Virus record (IMG/VR): IMGVR_UViG_3300030419_006105 | Coordinates: 32,001 to 96,000 of that record | Source: a virus | Reading direction: 5' to 3' (one strand) | DNA: 64,000 nucleotides | Shown: in pieces, positions 1 to 10,713 of the stretch | Layout of the letters: the number at the start of each line of letters is the position of its first letter | Position numbering within the stretch: the first letter of the stretch is position 1 | Program-made: the position numbers and the translations under genes | The notes under the pieces: generated by a model | Told to the model about the DNA's origin: nothing | What the model saw: the letters and a program-made list of their open reading frames with translations, nothing else | The model's database searches: none

Positions 1-561
1 CATATGATGCGCAAAGAAGAAAGAAAAATTACTAGCGTCTCCAAACGTACCTACTAACTGACCATTATGTGTCGTACCATGAGATTCACACACATCTTCA
101 ATTAATAATATATTTTTTTCCTTACATATATTAATAATATTATCAGTTAATCCATTTAAACCTAAAATATGAGTCAGTAATATAGCTTTAGTATTATCAT
201 TAATTTTCTGTAGTAATAATTCCTCGTTTAAAGCAAGGTTATGATAATTAATATCAACAAAAACTGGAGTAAACCCATTTTGAATAACACTAGATACATC
301 ACTAATCCAGTTTAACGGAGATAATATCACTTCTCCTCCACCATATAAATGCTTAATAGCTAACATGGTCACTTGATTAGCACTATGTCCTGAATTAACA
401 AACACACTTTTTTTAGTACCTAACCAATCAGACCAAGCTTTTTCAAATTCTACAACTTTAGGACCATTAGTAAGCTTGGGTATTTTCTTCTGAGAAAGGA
501 AAGATATTATTGCATCAACATCTTCACGGACAATATTATCTTCCATTAATGGTATATACAT
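1..561 (-). CDS. DegT/DnrJ-family PLP/PMP enzyme, His-type (ColD/RfbH-like NDP-4-keto-6-deoxysugar 3-dehydratase); truncated by window edge
   Basis: Not in ORF track. Manual translation from ATG at 561: MYIPLMEDNI...FVNSGHSAN...LIEDVCESHG...GTFGDASNFSFFFAHHM; His occupies the Schiff-base Lys position. Confidence 0.85.
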   Translation of the reverse strand, partial: MYIPLMEDNIVREDVDAIISFLSQKKIPKLTNGPKVVEFEKAWSDWLGTKKSVFVNSGHSANQVTMLAIKHLYGGGEVILSPLNWISDVSSVIQNGFTPVFVDINYHNLALNEELLLQKINDNTKAILLTHILGLNGLTDNIINICKEKNILLIEDVCESHGTTHNGQLVGTFGDASNFSFFFAHHM

Positions 562-565
562 AAAA

Positions 566-1075
566 CTATTTAAAAGTTAATAATCGAGTAGCAAGTTTAG
601 CTGAAATATTTTCTCCTCTAATTCTAAAAACTCTATTATGGTTATGAGGTCTATTAGTGATATTGAGAATTTGATATGCGGCATCTTCAGGTGTTATTAA
701 CTCTAAAGAACCATATGGGACTGAATTTCCTGATTTTAAATCTGTACAAATACCAGAACCTAACAGTATAGGTAAACGTACAATTTTACATCTACAACTA
801 TTTGTTAATAAATATGCTTCTGCAAGTTGTTTATAGTACGTATAAGGATTATTTTGTTCACTATACGTAGAAATAAAAACTATTTCATATGCAATATGTT
901 TCTCAACAAATTCAACAAATTTATCATAACACTTTGCCTGAGTTTCTCTATCTTTATCTAAAAAATTCCATGTATGATAAATATATACCTTTTCACTAGT
1001 ATTGGATTTTAAATTTAATTCCCTAAGAGCGTCTCCTAGCTGTCCACGACCATTACATAAAACTATATCTGCCAT
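566..1075 (-). CDS. Short NAD-dependent epimerase/reductase-like (SDR/RmlD-like) protein
   Basis: N-terminal NGRGQLG Gly-rich loop, FISTY and PYTYYK (YxxxK-like); sugar-cluster context. Confidence 0.55.
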   Translation of the reverse strand: MADIVLCNGRGQLGDALRELNLKSNTSEKVYIYHTWNFLDKDRETQAKCYDKFVEFVEKHIAYEIVFISTYSEQNNPYTYYKQLAEAYLLTNSCRCKIVRLPILLGSGICTDLKSGNSVPYGSLELITPEDAAYQILNITNRPHNHNRVFRIRGENISAKLATRLLTFK

Positions 1076-2280
1076 TATACAAATTCTGGATGAGTAATAC
1101 TATTTCGAACCTCTTCACCTAATGCTAATAAATCTTGTTCATTAATATTGTCTACATTTTCATGTAGATACCACATCATTTTATTACTTTCATGAGGTTT
1201 ACATAATTTAGTACAGTTCTTAAAACACTCTACATTGTCAATAGTATTCATTATAGATTTTCTAGTAGGTAAATCATTCCAAATCTCTTTGAAACTCTTT
1301 TCATGTAAACTTCCATAACTATATTGTTTATATCCTCTATGATTTGGACACACATAAACATGACCATCAGCTCCAATACATGGAGACAATTGAGAACCTA
1401 AACACTTTTTATATGTACGACCATATAGAGAAGGATCTTTTTCTAAATCAGTTATTTTATAACCGTTTATTTGAAATTTTTTCCCTAAAATACTCTTTGC
1501 CTCCATAAGTTTAGGCTGTACTTCTTTGTTCCAAAATTCAACATCACGCTGTACACCATCTTCTCGTTCACGGTTTACAACTTCTGGTTTATATTGACAA
1601 TAATTAATATCAAAATCTTTAAAATTATTCGCAAAATCAACAATCTCTGTATATGTATCTGGAGTAATAACAAACCCAACACCTATATCTATTTTTTTAC
1701 CTTTATTATTATTGACTTCAATTAATTTAGAAAGATTAGAAGTCATTTTATCCCATCCTTGATTCTTACGAGCTCGACGAATACTATTATAGGTTTCTTT
1801 CGTACCAGCGTCAACAGAAAATCTAACCCATGTCATATTATCTACTATAGTATCAAATAAATCCCATTTATCTAAAAGAGTACCGTTAGTAAACATACCC
1901 ATTTTGATATTATTCTCTCCTAAGTATGTAATTGCTTTACCTAAGTGAGGATTAATAGTAGGTTCTCCACCACCAGTCCAATTAACAGCACGAACACCCA
2001 TATCAACAAAATCTTTACACGCGTTTAATAAAATATTCTCAGGCATAACTGATTTGTTATACGTTTCTAAATTTTTTGATTCTGGTAAATGTATATAAGA
2101 AGAAATACAAAAGTAACAACCATGATTACATGTGTTACTAGGATCTAATTCTATTAATACAGGAGCAGTATTACCTGTCTTAATAAATTGTAAAGCTCTA
2201 TCTGCATTGGCTACAATCTTAGCTTGAGGATTAAAAATTTTAGTACCTCTAGTAAGTGCATTTTTTATCTCTGTAACCAT
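1075..2280 (-). CDS. Radical SAM enzyme with C-terminal SPASM/Twitch domain
   Basis: CNHGCYFC motif, TGGGEP, FTNG, C-terminal C...GHVYVCP...GSL...CxxxCxxxC. Confidence 0.9.
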   Translation of the reverse strand: MVTEIKNALTRGTKIFNPQAKIVANADRALQFIKTGNTAPVLIELDPSNTCNHGCYFCISSYIHLPESKNLETYNKSVMPENILLNACKDFVDMGVRAVNWTGGGEPTINPHLGKAITYLGENNIKMGMFTNGTLLDKWDLFDTIVDNMTWVRFSVDAGTKETYNSIRRARKNQGWDKMTSNLSKLIEVNNNKGKKIDIGVGFVITPDTYTEIVDFANNFKDFDINYCQYKPEVVNREREDGVQRDVEFWNKEVQPKLMEAKSILGKKFQINGYKITDLEKDPSLYGRTYKKCLGSQLSPCIGADGHVYVCPNHRGYKQYSYGSLHEKSFKEIWNDLPTRKSIMNTIDNVECFKNCTKLCKPHESNKMMWYLHENVDNINEQDLLALGEEVRNSITHPEFV

Positions 2281-3227
2281 TTTAAAAAATATAGCGTTGG
2301 ATCTTCAAAATATGTACGTAATACATTATCAAAATATTTACGTGCTAAAATCGCTCGCTCTTTTAATTCATTAATATCTGTTTTATAGATTTCTAATAGA
2401 CTATTATATAAAAAGGTCTCTCCTAATCCAGGTTGTCCAATTTGGAGATCACAAATTCTATAGAAAAAACTAGTATCATAATGATCATCTCCAACAATAT
2501 AAAAATCATGATCGGATACAAGAACAGGTACTCTAGTAAAATAACAACTCTCAAATAATCTAGTACTATCTATACCAGAACCACGAGGGCAAAGAGATAT
2601 AATATTATTTTGCATAGTACTTCTATATTGTTTTTGAATATCTGAATTTGACTCTGAAGGTCCTTCCCATTTGTTATTAATATGTAACTCGCTTTTTATA
2701 TCTTTAAACTGGTTTAAAGTATTAGCTAATACAACTCTAACTTTATGATTAATAAAACCTCTAAAACCCATACTTACATCAGTAGGAAAAGAAAATTCTT
2801 CAGTCTGATCTTTTAGATCTACTAACATATGTGAAAAAGTAGGTCTAATAAACATCTTTTTTATATTAGAATATCGCTTTAATGGGCCATTTATAGTTAA
2901 AATACTATTATGAAGCCATTGAGGGATAGGCTCACCACCTGCACCATGCTCTTGACCACCTTCCCCTTCATAATCCCATATATGTCGTTCTTCATTTCCA
3001 TCAAAATATGGAAATTTATTTTTATCATATAAAGTAATAGAATTTTTACTAATAGAATCATTAGTAATTTGACCCATGTAAAAATAATCTGCCTTTTCTG
3101 GTGGTACTATATTGCAATAGTCGGTAATACCTTTATTACTTAATGGTACAGTGTTAATATAATATGGATCAGAATCGTGTACATGAGGTTGCGCATGCGG
3201 GTATATATATAAATTAATTTTATTCAT
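2265..3227 (-). CDS. Exostosin-like (GT47) glycosyltransferase
   Basis: SLCPRGSGIDSTRLFES...VPVLVSD signature. Confidence 0.7.
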   Translation of the reverse strand: MNKINLYIYPHAQPHVHDSDPYYINTVPLSNKGITDYCNIVPPEKADYFYMGQITNDSISKNSITLYDKNKFPYFDGNEERHIWDYEGEGGQEHGAGGEPIPQWLHNSILTINGPLKRYSNIKKMFIRPTFSHMLVDLKDQTEEFSFPTDVSMGFRGFINHKVRVVLANTLNQFKDIKSELHINNKWEGPSESNSDIQKQYRSTMQNNIISLCPRGSGIDSTRLFESCYFTRVPVLVSDHDFYIVGDDHYDTSFFYRICDLQIGQPGLGETFLYNSLLEIYKTDINELKERAILARKYFDNVLRTYFEDPTLYFLKWLQR

Positions 3228-3912
3228 CTAATACCTTACGAAGTTTTTCTACTAGAAGATCTCTTTTATCTTTATTATCAGTAAATGCCTGATAAGAATG
3301 TCTATTCATATTAGCAGAACCTTCAACATAAGTATTATCTCTATCTCCCTTACCTACTAACCAATGCATGTGCTCTACAACAACATCAGGCTCAGGATAA
3401 TATCTATCAATTTTCTTAAAAATATATGTTAACCATTCATCACCATAATTACAATCAATTTCAGGTGGTAAATAATGACCAAATACATCTAAAGCCTTTC
3501 TACTTATAACAGGATGTGTGGCAAGTTTTGCAGGATCTTGATATAAATCATTAAGAGAAAATAAACATACTTTATCCTTTACAAACTTAAAATTATGTTC
3601 TAGTAAAACGTCCCAATTTTTAGTTCTAAATAGAATATCATCAGCTCCTCCCATAATTAAATCTCCAGAACTTATTTTAAAAAGTTCATTACATGCTTCT
3701 CCTAAAGACACTCTAGGTCCAACAATATGTTTTATAGGTATTGTAAATTTATCTTTATTATTATCGACAAATTTAATACTTTGTACATCATCTTCATCAA
3801 TATAAAGTAACACTTCTACATTATTAGACTCAGATGTCATATGATGTAAACTCTCATACATAGCTTTGAGTTTTTTAGCTCGTTTACGTGTAGGTATAAG
3901 TATACTAATCAT
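3220..3912 (-). CDS. GT2-family glycosyltransferase
   Basis: ISILIPTRKR N-terminus, ADD (DxD-like) motif, YGDEW, HxH. Confidence 0.8.
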   Translation of the reverse strand: MISILIPTRKRAKKLKAMYESLHHMTSESNNVEVLLYIDEDDVQSIKFVDNNKDKFTIPIKHIVGPRVSLGEACNELFKISSGDLIMGGADDILFRTKNWDVLLEHNFKFVKDKVCLFSLNDLYQDPAKLATHPVISRKALDVFGHYLPPEIDCNYGDEWLTYIFKKIDRYYPEPDVVVEHMHWLVGKGDRDNTYVEGSANMNRHSYQAFTDNKDKRDLLVEKLRKVLDE

Positions 3913-4877
3913 AATTTAGTTTCTACTCTCATCTTATCATAATCTAATTCTTTTTTATTAAGAAAGAAATATTTGTTTATTAATGTTTTCATTCCCTCAG
4001 GATCTAATGGCATATCATTTTCATCATATGCTTCTCGATTATGTGATGATATATTATTACATTCTTCATAACCAATACCAGATTTAATAAAATCCACATT
4101 TGTAATAAAATCTAAAGCATTTCTATTATGTAATAAATTATTCCATGTTGTACCATGTTGAGGAGAAACATGTTGAAAACCAGTTGAAGGACCTTCAATA
4201 GCTTTTAAGTGTTCTATTTGTTGATCTTTCATGACATACCATTTAGTATTAACTGCGGCCGCTAAATATCTAAATGTTGATTCTGTACAATGAGCTCTAA
4301 ATACATCAGGTATAAGTTTATTATTATAAGCTTCATACATTTCATTACTAAACATAGTAACATGACAATTGAGAGCATGACCTAGTGGTACATATAAATC
4401 ATCTCCTACCACTTGTACATCTGGACTTTGGTACTTATATTTTGGACTAATAGTTTGTAAAGCTTCATCTGAATCTGTTTGTAAACTTATAAGACTATTA
4501 TTATATTTTTTAAATGTATTATACGTATTTTTTAAAATAGTATTATCTAAAGTATTAGTAACTGGATTATAAAAACTACAACCCGAATCTACATACAAAT
4601 AAGACTCTGCAGGTCCTTTTTCTTTAACAAACTCTTGTATAGCTTTGTTAAACGTTGTATTTACAGTATATATTTCGTGATGATAAACGTATGATATTTT
4701 ATCTTTGTATCGCTTATATAAATTATTAAATAATGTAGGATCGCTTTTACAAGCAGAAAGTAATACTCGATAATCTTCAAAATCTTGATCTAAAAAACTA
4801 TTAATACATTTAATATAATGATCTAACGGTGGTGTATTACCTAAACCACATATATTATAAACTAAAAGATTTTTCAT
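3909..4877 (-). CDS. Putative GT-A fold glycosyltransferase-like protein
   Basis: CINSFLDQDF..YRVLLS and YLYVDSG resemble GT-A elements; cluster context. Confidence 0.45.
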   Translation of the reverse strand: MKNLLVYNICGLGNTPPLDHYIKCINSFLDQDFEDYRVLLSACKSDPTLFNNLYKRYKDKISYVYHHEIYTVNTTFNKAIQEFVKEKGPAESYLYVDSGCSFYNPVTNTLDNTILKNTYNTFKKYNNSLISLQTDSDEALQTISPKYKYQSPDVQVVGDDLYVPLGHALNCHVTMFSNEMYEAYNNKLIPDVFRAHCTESTFRYLAAAVNTKWYVMKDQQIEHLKAIEGPSTGFQHVSPQHGTTWNNLLHNRNALDFITNVDFIKSGIGYEECNNISSHNREAYDENDMPLDPEGMKTLINKYFFLNKKELDYDKMRVETKL

Positions 4878-6757
4878 TTTACAATATCAGGGTAGGCTGG
4901 GTTATCCCAATCCTCTAAAGGCTCGATATACATATTTTCTAAAAACTCATCTCGATCAACATATGGATACATGTCTTCAATAGGTGTTTTCCATCCAAAA
5001 ATTCTTGGTTCATATGTATGATATTCATGACAGTTTACATCACATACAACAATACCATCATATTCTAAGACTTCTTTAATTTTATCCTCCATCTCATCAT
5101 GATTGTTGATAGTAACAGTTTTAATACCATACGCATCACAAATTTTCATAAAATCAGGAGGATTATAACCTGCAGGACCACATGCTTCGGCACGACCTTC
5201 AAAATTTGTTTCTTGAAACGCTTTTGTAATACCATAGATATGATTGTTAATAATGAACGTTTTAGCTTTTATGTTATAATTAACATAAGTTTGTAGCTCT
5301 TGTATGTTCATATTAAAACCACCATCACCAATAGTACATATAACCTGTCTATCTGGGTCAGCTAAATAACAACCCATAGCTGCTGCATGAGAAAAACCCA
5401 TTGGTGAGTTACCATTATTAGTTAAATTACGTTGTCCATATTTTGTTTCAAACGAATGATTACTAACAACAATATTACCACCACAATCACCTATCAATAC
5501 TGCATTACTATCTGCATATTTCGATAGAGTTCGCATAAAAGCATACGGATGTACATTTTCTTTTTGATCGAAAAATTCTGGTTTAACTGGATCGTATTTT
5601 ATTTTCCAATCCATTGCGCGTTTAGTCCATTTTTCAAACTTATTCGGTAAATCTGTTGCAGTAACATCTAATGTACCATCAGGATTTAACCACCCACCAC
5701 TAGCAGTCGGTGATGTAATTAGTTTATAACGTTTAATTAAACGCTGTATAAACACTTTAGCATCACAATATACATTTACATCAAAAGGTACTTGTTGTAA
5801 CTTTGGCTGTAATAATGCTTTATCTACATCTACTACATACTTTTTAGCTCCTCGTGCAAATGAATGAATATTACCACCTGTAATTCTACCAGATATTCTA
5901 CTTCCAATAGCTAATAATAAATCAGAATTTTGTATAGCAAAATTTCTTCCTGCTCCACCATATGTACCAATTCTACCACCATAGAATTCATAATCAGATG
6001 TAACAGCATCTAAAGCATTCCATGTTGGAAAGCATGGTATTTTTAATAAGTTACCTAATTCTCTAAAATCATCTACTGCATCAGATAATCTAACACCACC
6101 ACCTATCATTAAAACAGGTCGTTCACTACGTACTAAATCATACAAAAAATCATCAATTTTATCGTCTATATCCTTATAATCATAAGTAGGTAATTCTGTT
6201 TTAACATCAAAACCTAATAGTTCATTAGGATCAATCATAGTCTTTTGTATGTTTAATGGAATATCTAGTAATATAGGGCCAGGTCTACCTTCCTGACATA
6301 AATGATAAGCTTTTTCTAATTCATACTTAACATTATTAGCATCATCAATCATAACAGCATATTTTGTAACAGGTTCTGCCATGCTAACAATATCTGTCTC
6401 TTGAAAACCTACCTGTCTTATAGAAGGGTCAGGTCTTAAAAATTGAGAGTTAATTTGACCTGTAATAAAAATACAAGGAATTGAATCATAAAAACAATTC
6501 CCCATAGATGTAAGTAGATTCATACCACCAGGGCCGCTAGTCGCCATAGCGACACCTGGTCGTCCTGAAACTTTAGCATAACCTTCAGCGGCAAAACCAC
6601 CTCCTTGCTCATGCATTACTGCAACGTAATCAGTTTCATCGTTTCTAGTAAATGCATCAATTAGATCACCATTTGCAGCACCATATACTACAAACATTTT
6701 ATCTATTCCCTTGTCGGCGAGAAAGCCTATGACATAGTCAGCTAATTTTAACTTCAT
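4874..6757 (-). CDS. ThDP-dependent acetolactate-synthase-like enzyme (YerE-type branched-chain sugar carboligase candidate)
   Basis: HEQGGGFAAEGYA, TSGPGGMN, FQETD, GDGGFNMNIQEL...NN ThDP-binding motif. Confidence 0.88.
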   Translation of the reverse strand: MKLKLADYVIGFLADKGIDKMFVVYGAANGDLIDAFTRNDETDYVAVMHEQGGGFAAEGYAKVSGRPGVAMATSGPGGMNLLTSMGNCFYDSIPCIFITGQINSQFLRPDPSIRQVGFQETDIVSMAEPVTKYAVMIDDANNVKYELEKAYHLCQEGRPGPILLDIPLNIQKTMIDPNELLGFDVKTELPTYDYKDIDDKIDDFLYDLVRSERPVLMIGGGVRLSDAVDDFRELGNLLKIPCFPTWNALDAVTSDYEFYGGRIGTYGGAGRNFAIQNSDLLLAIGSRISGRITGGNIHSFARGAKKYVVDVDKALLQPKLQQVPFDVNVYCDAKVFIQRLIKRYKLITSPTASGGWLNPDGTLDVTATDLPNKFEKWTKRAMDWKIKYDPVKPEFFDQKENVHPYAFMRTLSKYADSNAVLIGDCGGNIVVSNHSFETKYGQRNLTNNGNSPMGFSHAAAMGCYLADPDRQVICTIGDGGFNMNIQELQTYVNYNIKAKTFIINNHIYGITKAFQETNFEGRAEACGPAGYNPPDFMKICDAYGIKTVTINNHDEMEDKIKEVLEYDGIVVCDVNCHEYHTYEPRIFGWKTPIEDMYPYVDRDEFLENMYIEPLEDWDNPAYPDIVK

Positions 6758-6760
6758 ATA

Positions 6761-7768
6761 TTAAAACGTATGTGTTTTTACATTGTCAGGAGTATCATAT
6801 TTCCATCGATCATCACTAACGAGTTTATCTAACTCGTCTTCATTAATCTCATAAAACTGTTCTGCAGTTGGAAATTGACCTGCACGTACTTCAGCGGCAT
6901 ATTCTTTAAGAGAGTCTTCAATTAACGCCCCTGCTTCACAATAACGCTTAACGAATTTAGATTTAAACTCAAAGAACATACCAATTAAATCATGTTGAAT
7001 TACTAATTGACCATCAACCTGATCACCAGCACCTATACCATAAATTGGAATATCTAATTTCTCAGCAATATATTGAGCTGACTCTCTCGGCATTGCTTCA
7101 AGTAGTAAAAATGAGCAACCTGCATCTTGTAAGCGAAGAGCTTGATCTAAAATAATGTCAGCTGATTCTTTCGTCTTACCTTGTACACGATAACCACCAA
7201 GCTTAGCTCGAGTATGAGGAGTTAAACCCAAATGACTCATAGTAATAATACCAGAAGACGAAATAGCCTTTACACGGTCAACCATTGCACCTTCAATCTT
7301 AACACAATCCATACCAGCAGTAATAAATTTACCAGCATTCCGTACAGCTAATTCATTAGATTCTTGATATGACATAAAAGGCATATCTCCAATAAGGAAA
7401 GCAGTTTGATTTGCACGCCAAACTGCTTTACAATGTGACAACATATCATCCATAGTTACTGGAATCGTCGTCTTATACCCTAGAGTAGTCATACCTAAGG
7501 AATCTCCCACTAAAATAGCATCTACACCAGCACGATCAGCTAATAACGCTTGTGGATAATCATACGCTGTACATAGTACTGTTTTAATACCCTTTTTCTT
7601 ATGATTTTTAAGTGTTAAGATAGTAACTTTCGTTCGCTCTTCAATGGGTTGATCACCGCGTGGTGGTAAATTTGGCTTCTCCGTAGGCAAATACTGGCCT
7701 AATGGCACAGCCTTCGCTGGAGTAGGGCTGTGCAAATCCTCATCTTTTGATTTATTATCAGTACTCAT
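6761..7768 (-). CDS. panB: 3-methyl-2-oxobutanoate hydroxymethyltransferase (PanB family)
   Basis: TAYDY, ILVGDSLGM, GDMPFMSY, VKIEG, HLGLTP, GIGAG...DGQ motifs; ~45 aa N-terminal extension. Confidence 0.92.
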   Translation of the reverse strand: MSTDNKSKDEDLHSPTPAKAVPLGQYLPTEKPNLPPRGDQPIEERTKVTILTLKNHKKKGIKTVLCTAYDYPQALLADRAGVDAILVGDSLGMTTLGYKTTIPVTMDDMLSHCKAVWRANQTAFLIGDMPFMSYQESNELAVRNAGKFITAGMDCVKIEGAMVDRVKAISSSGIITMSHLGLTPHTRAKLGGYRVQGKTKESADIILDQALRLQDAGCSFLLLEAMPRESAQYIAEKLDIPIYGIGAGDQVDGQLVIQHDLIGMFFEFKSKFVKRYCEAGALIEDSLKEYAAEVRAGQFPTAEQFYEINEDELDKLVSDDRWKYDTPDNVKTHTF

Positions 7769-7772
7769 AATA

Positions 7773-9263
7773 TTATGTAAATTTTCTCTGTAACGTTATG
7801 CTAAGCATTTTATCTACTTCTTTCTGAAAATCAACACCTATTTTTTCGGTCATTTTTTTAATGTAAGAAGGAGATTTAAAATATTTTATAAAAGCTTCGT
7901 CTCTAAATTTTAAGATTTGTGAGTGAGTTAAATCTTCAGTAGGTAAATTAAATGTTTCATATGCATGTTGAGAATAACCAATCCATCCGATATCGTTATT
8001 TTCTGGTAAAGCTTGTGGATTATTTTTACTAAAATCTCTATGTAGTTGAGATCCAGGATATGCCATAGCACAATACATATTAACCCACTCTGTTTTTAAC
8101 TCTAAAGCTAAATCTAAAGTCTCATTCATTGTTTCATATGTATCTTTTGGTAGACCAAAAATATAATTACCAGTTGAATAGATATCATGATTAGATATTT
8201 TTTCAATAATACTTCGTATATTAAGTTCTTGAAATTTACCTTTAACAACTTCTTGTCTTACTACTTGATTAGCAGATTCAATACCTAAACCTAACCAATT
8301 AACACCAGCATTTTTTAAAATTTCTAAATATTGTTCCTTTACTGTATCAATCCTAGCATATGCCCATATATTAAAATTGTAATTTCTTTCAGCGATTAAT
8401 TTACATAATTCAACATAATGTTGTTTTTTAAAAACAAACATCTCATCAGCTATTTTAATATTTTTAATATTATTTTCTGCGAAGAAGTCTAATTTTTTAA
8501 TTATATTTTGAGGTGACCAATGACGAAAAGTATTATTTTTTGTATCACCGTTGTTAAATGGTGAGTTAATCATACAAAAATTACATTTAAATGGACAACC
8601 TAAGCTAGTATATATAGAACCAAACGGAGATGTTTCATTATTATTAGTCCAACTATGCCAATTAGCAGTTCTATATCGATGAATATCTAAATATTCTACA
8701 GGAAGCATATCTAATTCTTCATCTAAATTTTGTATTAAAGGAGCTGGTGGTGTACTTGCTATTTGTCCAGTAGTTTTATCTGTATACCATAAACCAGGAA
8801 CTTGTTGTAATTGAGAATTATCTGTATAGTCAGTTACTTTTAAAAAATTATAAATAGTATGAGGACCTTCTCCTTGACAAACAAAAGAATTAGGATCATC
8901 TTCTATAGTTTTTCTAGGGAGAGAAGATGGATGTGGACCAGTATACATTCTAATTATATTACTATCCTTAAGTAGGTCCATTATCTCCATAATCCCTACC
9001 ATATTTTGAGTTGAAGCTGATGGTTGTTGACCGAACGCAACTAAACAAACAACTTTAGGGTTAAGTTCTAAAATAGTAGTAGCTGCTTGTTCGCTGTTTA
9101 TTCTTAAAGCCTCACAATCTAACAAATCAACTGAAAACCCTCTATCAGAGACATACTTAGATAACATTGCAGCCCATATAGGAGGCTCAATTGCTGAAAA
9201 ATCCTTACTTAAATCTTGATAGACTTTTTTAGAAGAATTCGGATGTACAAATAAAATATCCAC
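7773..9263 (-). CDS. Cobalamin-binding (class B) radical SAM enzyme, putative methyltransferase
   Basis: N-terminal B12-binding region (GPHPS, GEG), TSLGCPFKCNFC, ADEMF, GIES, YPGS. Confidence 0.88.
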   Translation of the reverse strand: MDILFVHPNSSKKVYQDLSKDFSAIEPPIWAAMLSKYVSDRGFSVDLLDCEALRINSEQAATTILELNPKVVCLVAFGQQPSASTQNMVGIMEIMDLLKDSNIIRMYTGPHPSSLPRKTIEDDPNSFVCQGEGPHTIYNFLKVTDYTDNSQLQQVPGLWYTDKTTGQIASTPPAPLIQNLDEELDMLPVEYLDIHRYRTANWHSWTNNNETSPFGSIYTSLGCPFKCNFCMINSPFNNGDTKNNTFRHWSPQNIIKKLDFFAENNIKNIKIADEMFVFKKQHYVELCKLIAERNYNFNIWAYARIDTVKEQYLEILKNAGVNWLGLGIESANQVVRQEVVKGKFQELNIRSIIEKISNHDIYSTGNYIFGLPKDTYETMNETLDLALELKTEWVNMYCAMAYPGSQLHRDFSKNNPQALPENNDIGWIGYSQHAYETFNLPTEDLTHSQILKFRDEAFIKYFKSPSYIKKMTEKIGVDFQKEVDKMLSITLQRKFT

Positions 9264-9826
9264 TATCTGTCTCTATCTGATAAAATTGCATTTGAAGGTG
9301 ATATAGGCCAAGAAATATTATATTCAGGATCATTCCATTTAATAGATATTTGTTCCTCTTCAGGAGTATAATCTTCTGTCAACTTATAATGAAATATACA
9401 ATCGTTTGATAGACATAAATGTCCATTAACACATCCTGGTGGTATTAATATTTGTTGACGGTTTTTATCATTAATATAAAATTTATCATAATGTTTATAA
9501 GTTGGAGAATCTTTTCTTACATCTAATACAACCACATAAATAGACCCTCTTAAACATTGTATTAGTTTATATGTTTTACTATCTCCATGTAACCCTCTAA
9601 TAACGTTTTTTGTTGAAAAAGAAGCACTATCTACTACAAACTGTTTCCCGGGTGCGGAAGGTGTTCCACGAAAATCATCATATACACTAAACATTTTTCT
9701 ATAATAATCAGCGCAAAATGTTTCTACATTTTCACCTCTATTATCATAATGTATAACCGGTTGTACTACAGTAACATCTTTAATGATACTATCATCCACC
9801 TTAACTACTCTGTATTCATTACTCAT
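9263..9826 (-). CDS. rmlC: dTDP-4-dehydrorhamnose 3,5-epimerase family
   Basis: DNRG, NVIRGLH, LDVRKDSPTY, IPPGCVNGH, WNDP, LSDRD. Confidence 0.9.
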   Translation of the reverse strand: MSNEYRVVKVDDSIIKDVTVVQPVIHYDNRGENVETFCADYYRKMFSVYDDFRGTPSAPGKQFVVDSASFSTKNVIRGLHGDSKTYKLIQCLRGSIYVVVLDVRKDSPTYKHYDKFYINDKNRQQILIPPGCVNGHLCLSNDCIFHYKLTEDYTPEEEQISIKWNDPEYNISWPISPSNAILSDRDR

Positions 9827-9831
9827 ATACT

Positions 9832-10677
9832 TTAACTAATGGCAGCAGCCATTAATAATTTATTTGCAGTATGTTTTTTATCAAATTTCTCGAGATTATC
9901 TTCGGTATGCCAATATACCTTTTTAATAGTACCTACATTATCAACGTCAAACTGTAGGATCTTTTTACCACATAATAAACCTTCTATAGATGTACGACCT
10001 AAAAATATACCTGACACAACATCACATTGTCTATAGTATTTTTCTACTTTCCAAGTAGGTTCATGTGTTACAAAATTAGGATGTACGGTACTATAATCAT
10101 TTCTACCTACATGCATAACTTTAAAATTTTGTTTTTCAGATAATTCTAACAAGTATTTTAAAGGTTTATATCGCAAATAATCTAAACTACCTGGAAATAA
10201 AACTATTTTATCTTTAATACTCTTTTTCTTTTTACAATTTTGTGGATTAAATCGAGTTAAATCAAATGGATTATATATTAACTGAGCATTTGCTCCTGGT
10301 ATTTTTTGTTTTATAAATTCAACAATAGAAGGTCGTATACCTACATAGGTATCTATTTTTGAATCAACAATTGGTTCCTCTAAATCAATAACTTCAGAGT
10401 GTATAACGTTAATAAACTTTTTAGATTTAACATTCTTAATAAAATCCCATATTGCTTTACCGTGAGAAAATATTACTAAATCATATTCTTCGTCATACAA
10501 TGTACCCCTGGTTAAAAAAGATATATTAGATGTTTTATCTTGTAATGGAGAATCAGGAAACGGAGAAAAAATAGATACTTTATGACCTAAATCTCTCAAA
10601 GCTGTTGAGAGCTCATAAAAATATAATTCCGACCCTGTATATTCCCTATAACTAAGGCAACCTATAAGTATATTCAC
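9832..10677 (-). CDS. GT-B (GT4-like) glycosyltransferase
   Basis: TGSELYFYEL...LGHKV, IYNPFD, GRTSIEGLLCGK. Confidence 0.75.
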   Translation of the reverse strand: MNILIGCLSYREYTGSELYFYELSTALRDLGHKVSIFSPFPDSPLQDKTSNISFLTRGTLYDEEYDLVIFSHGKAIWDFIKNVKSKKFINVIHSEVIDLEEPIVDSKIDTYVGIRPSIVEFIKQKIPGANAQLIYNPFDLTRFNPQNCKKKKSIKDKIVLFPGSLDYLRYKPLKYLLELSEKQNFKVMHVGRNDYSTVHPNFVTHEPTWKVEKYYRQCDVVSGIFLGRTSIEGLLCGKKILQFDVDNVGTIKKVYWHTEDNLEKFDKKHTANKLLMAAAIS

Positions 10678-10684
10678 TGTAATT

Positions 10685-10712
10685 ATTATAATTGTAAACC
10701 ACGAAAAAGCAA
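10685..10712 (-). promoter_or_regulatory. sigma70-like promoter driving the sugar operon
   Basis: Minus strand TTGCTT-N16-TATAAT, 7 nt upstream of GTG start at 10677. Confidence 0.65.
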
Positions 10713-10713
10713 A

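Noticed and set aside
4874-7768. Reading ALS-like plus panB as a branched-chain amino acid / pantothenate auxiliary pathway
   Set aside because: No ilvC, ilvD, panE or panC in the window and both genes are embedded in a nucleotide-sugar operon; disfavoured, not excluded.
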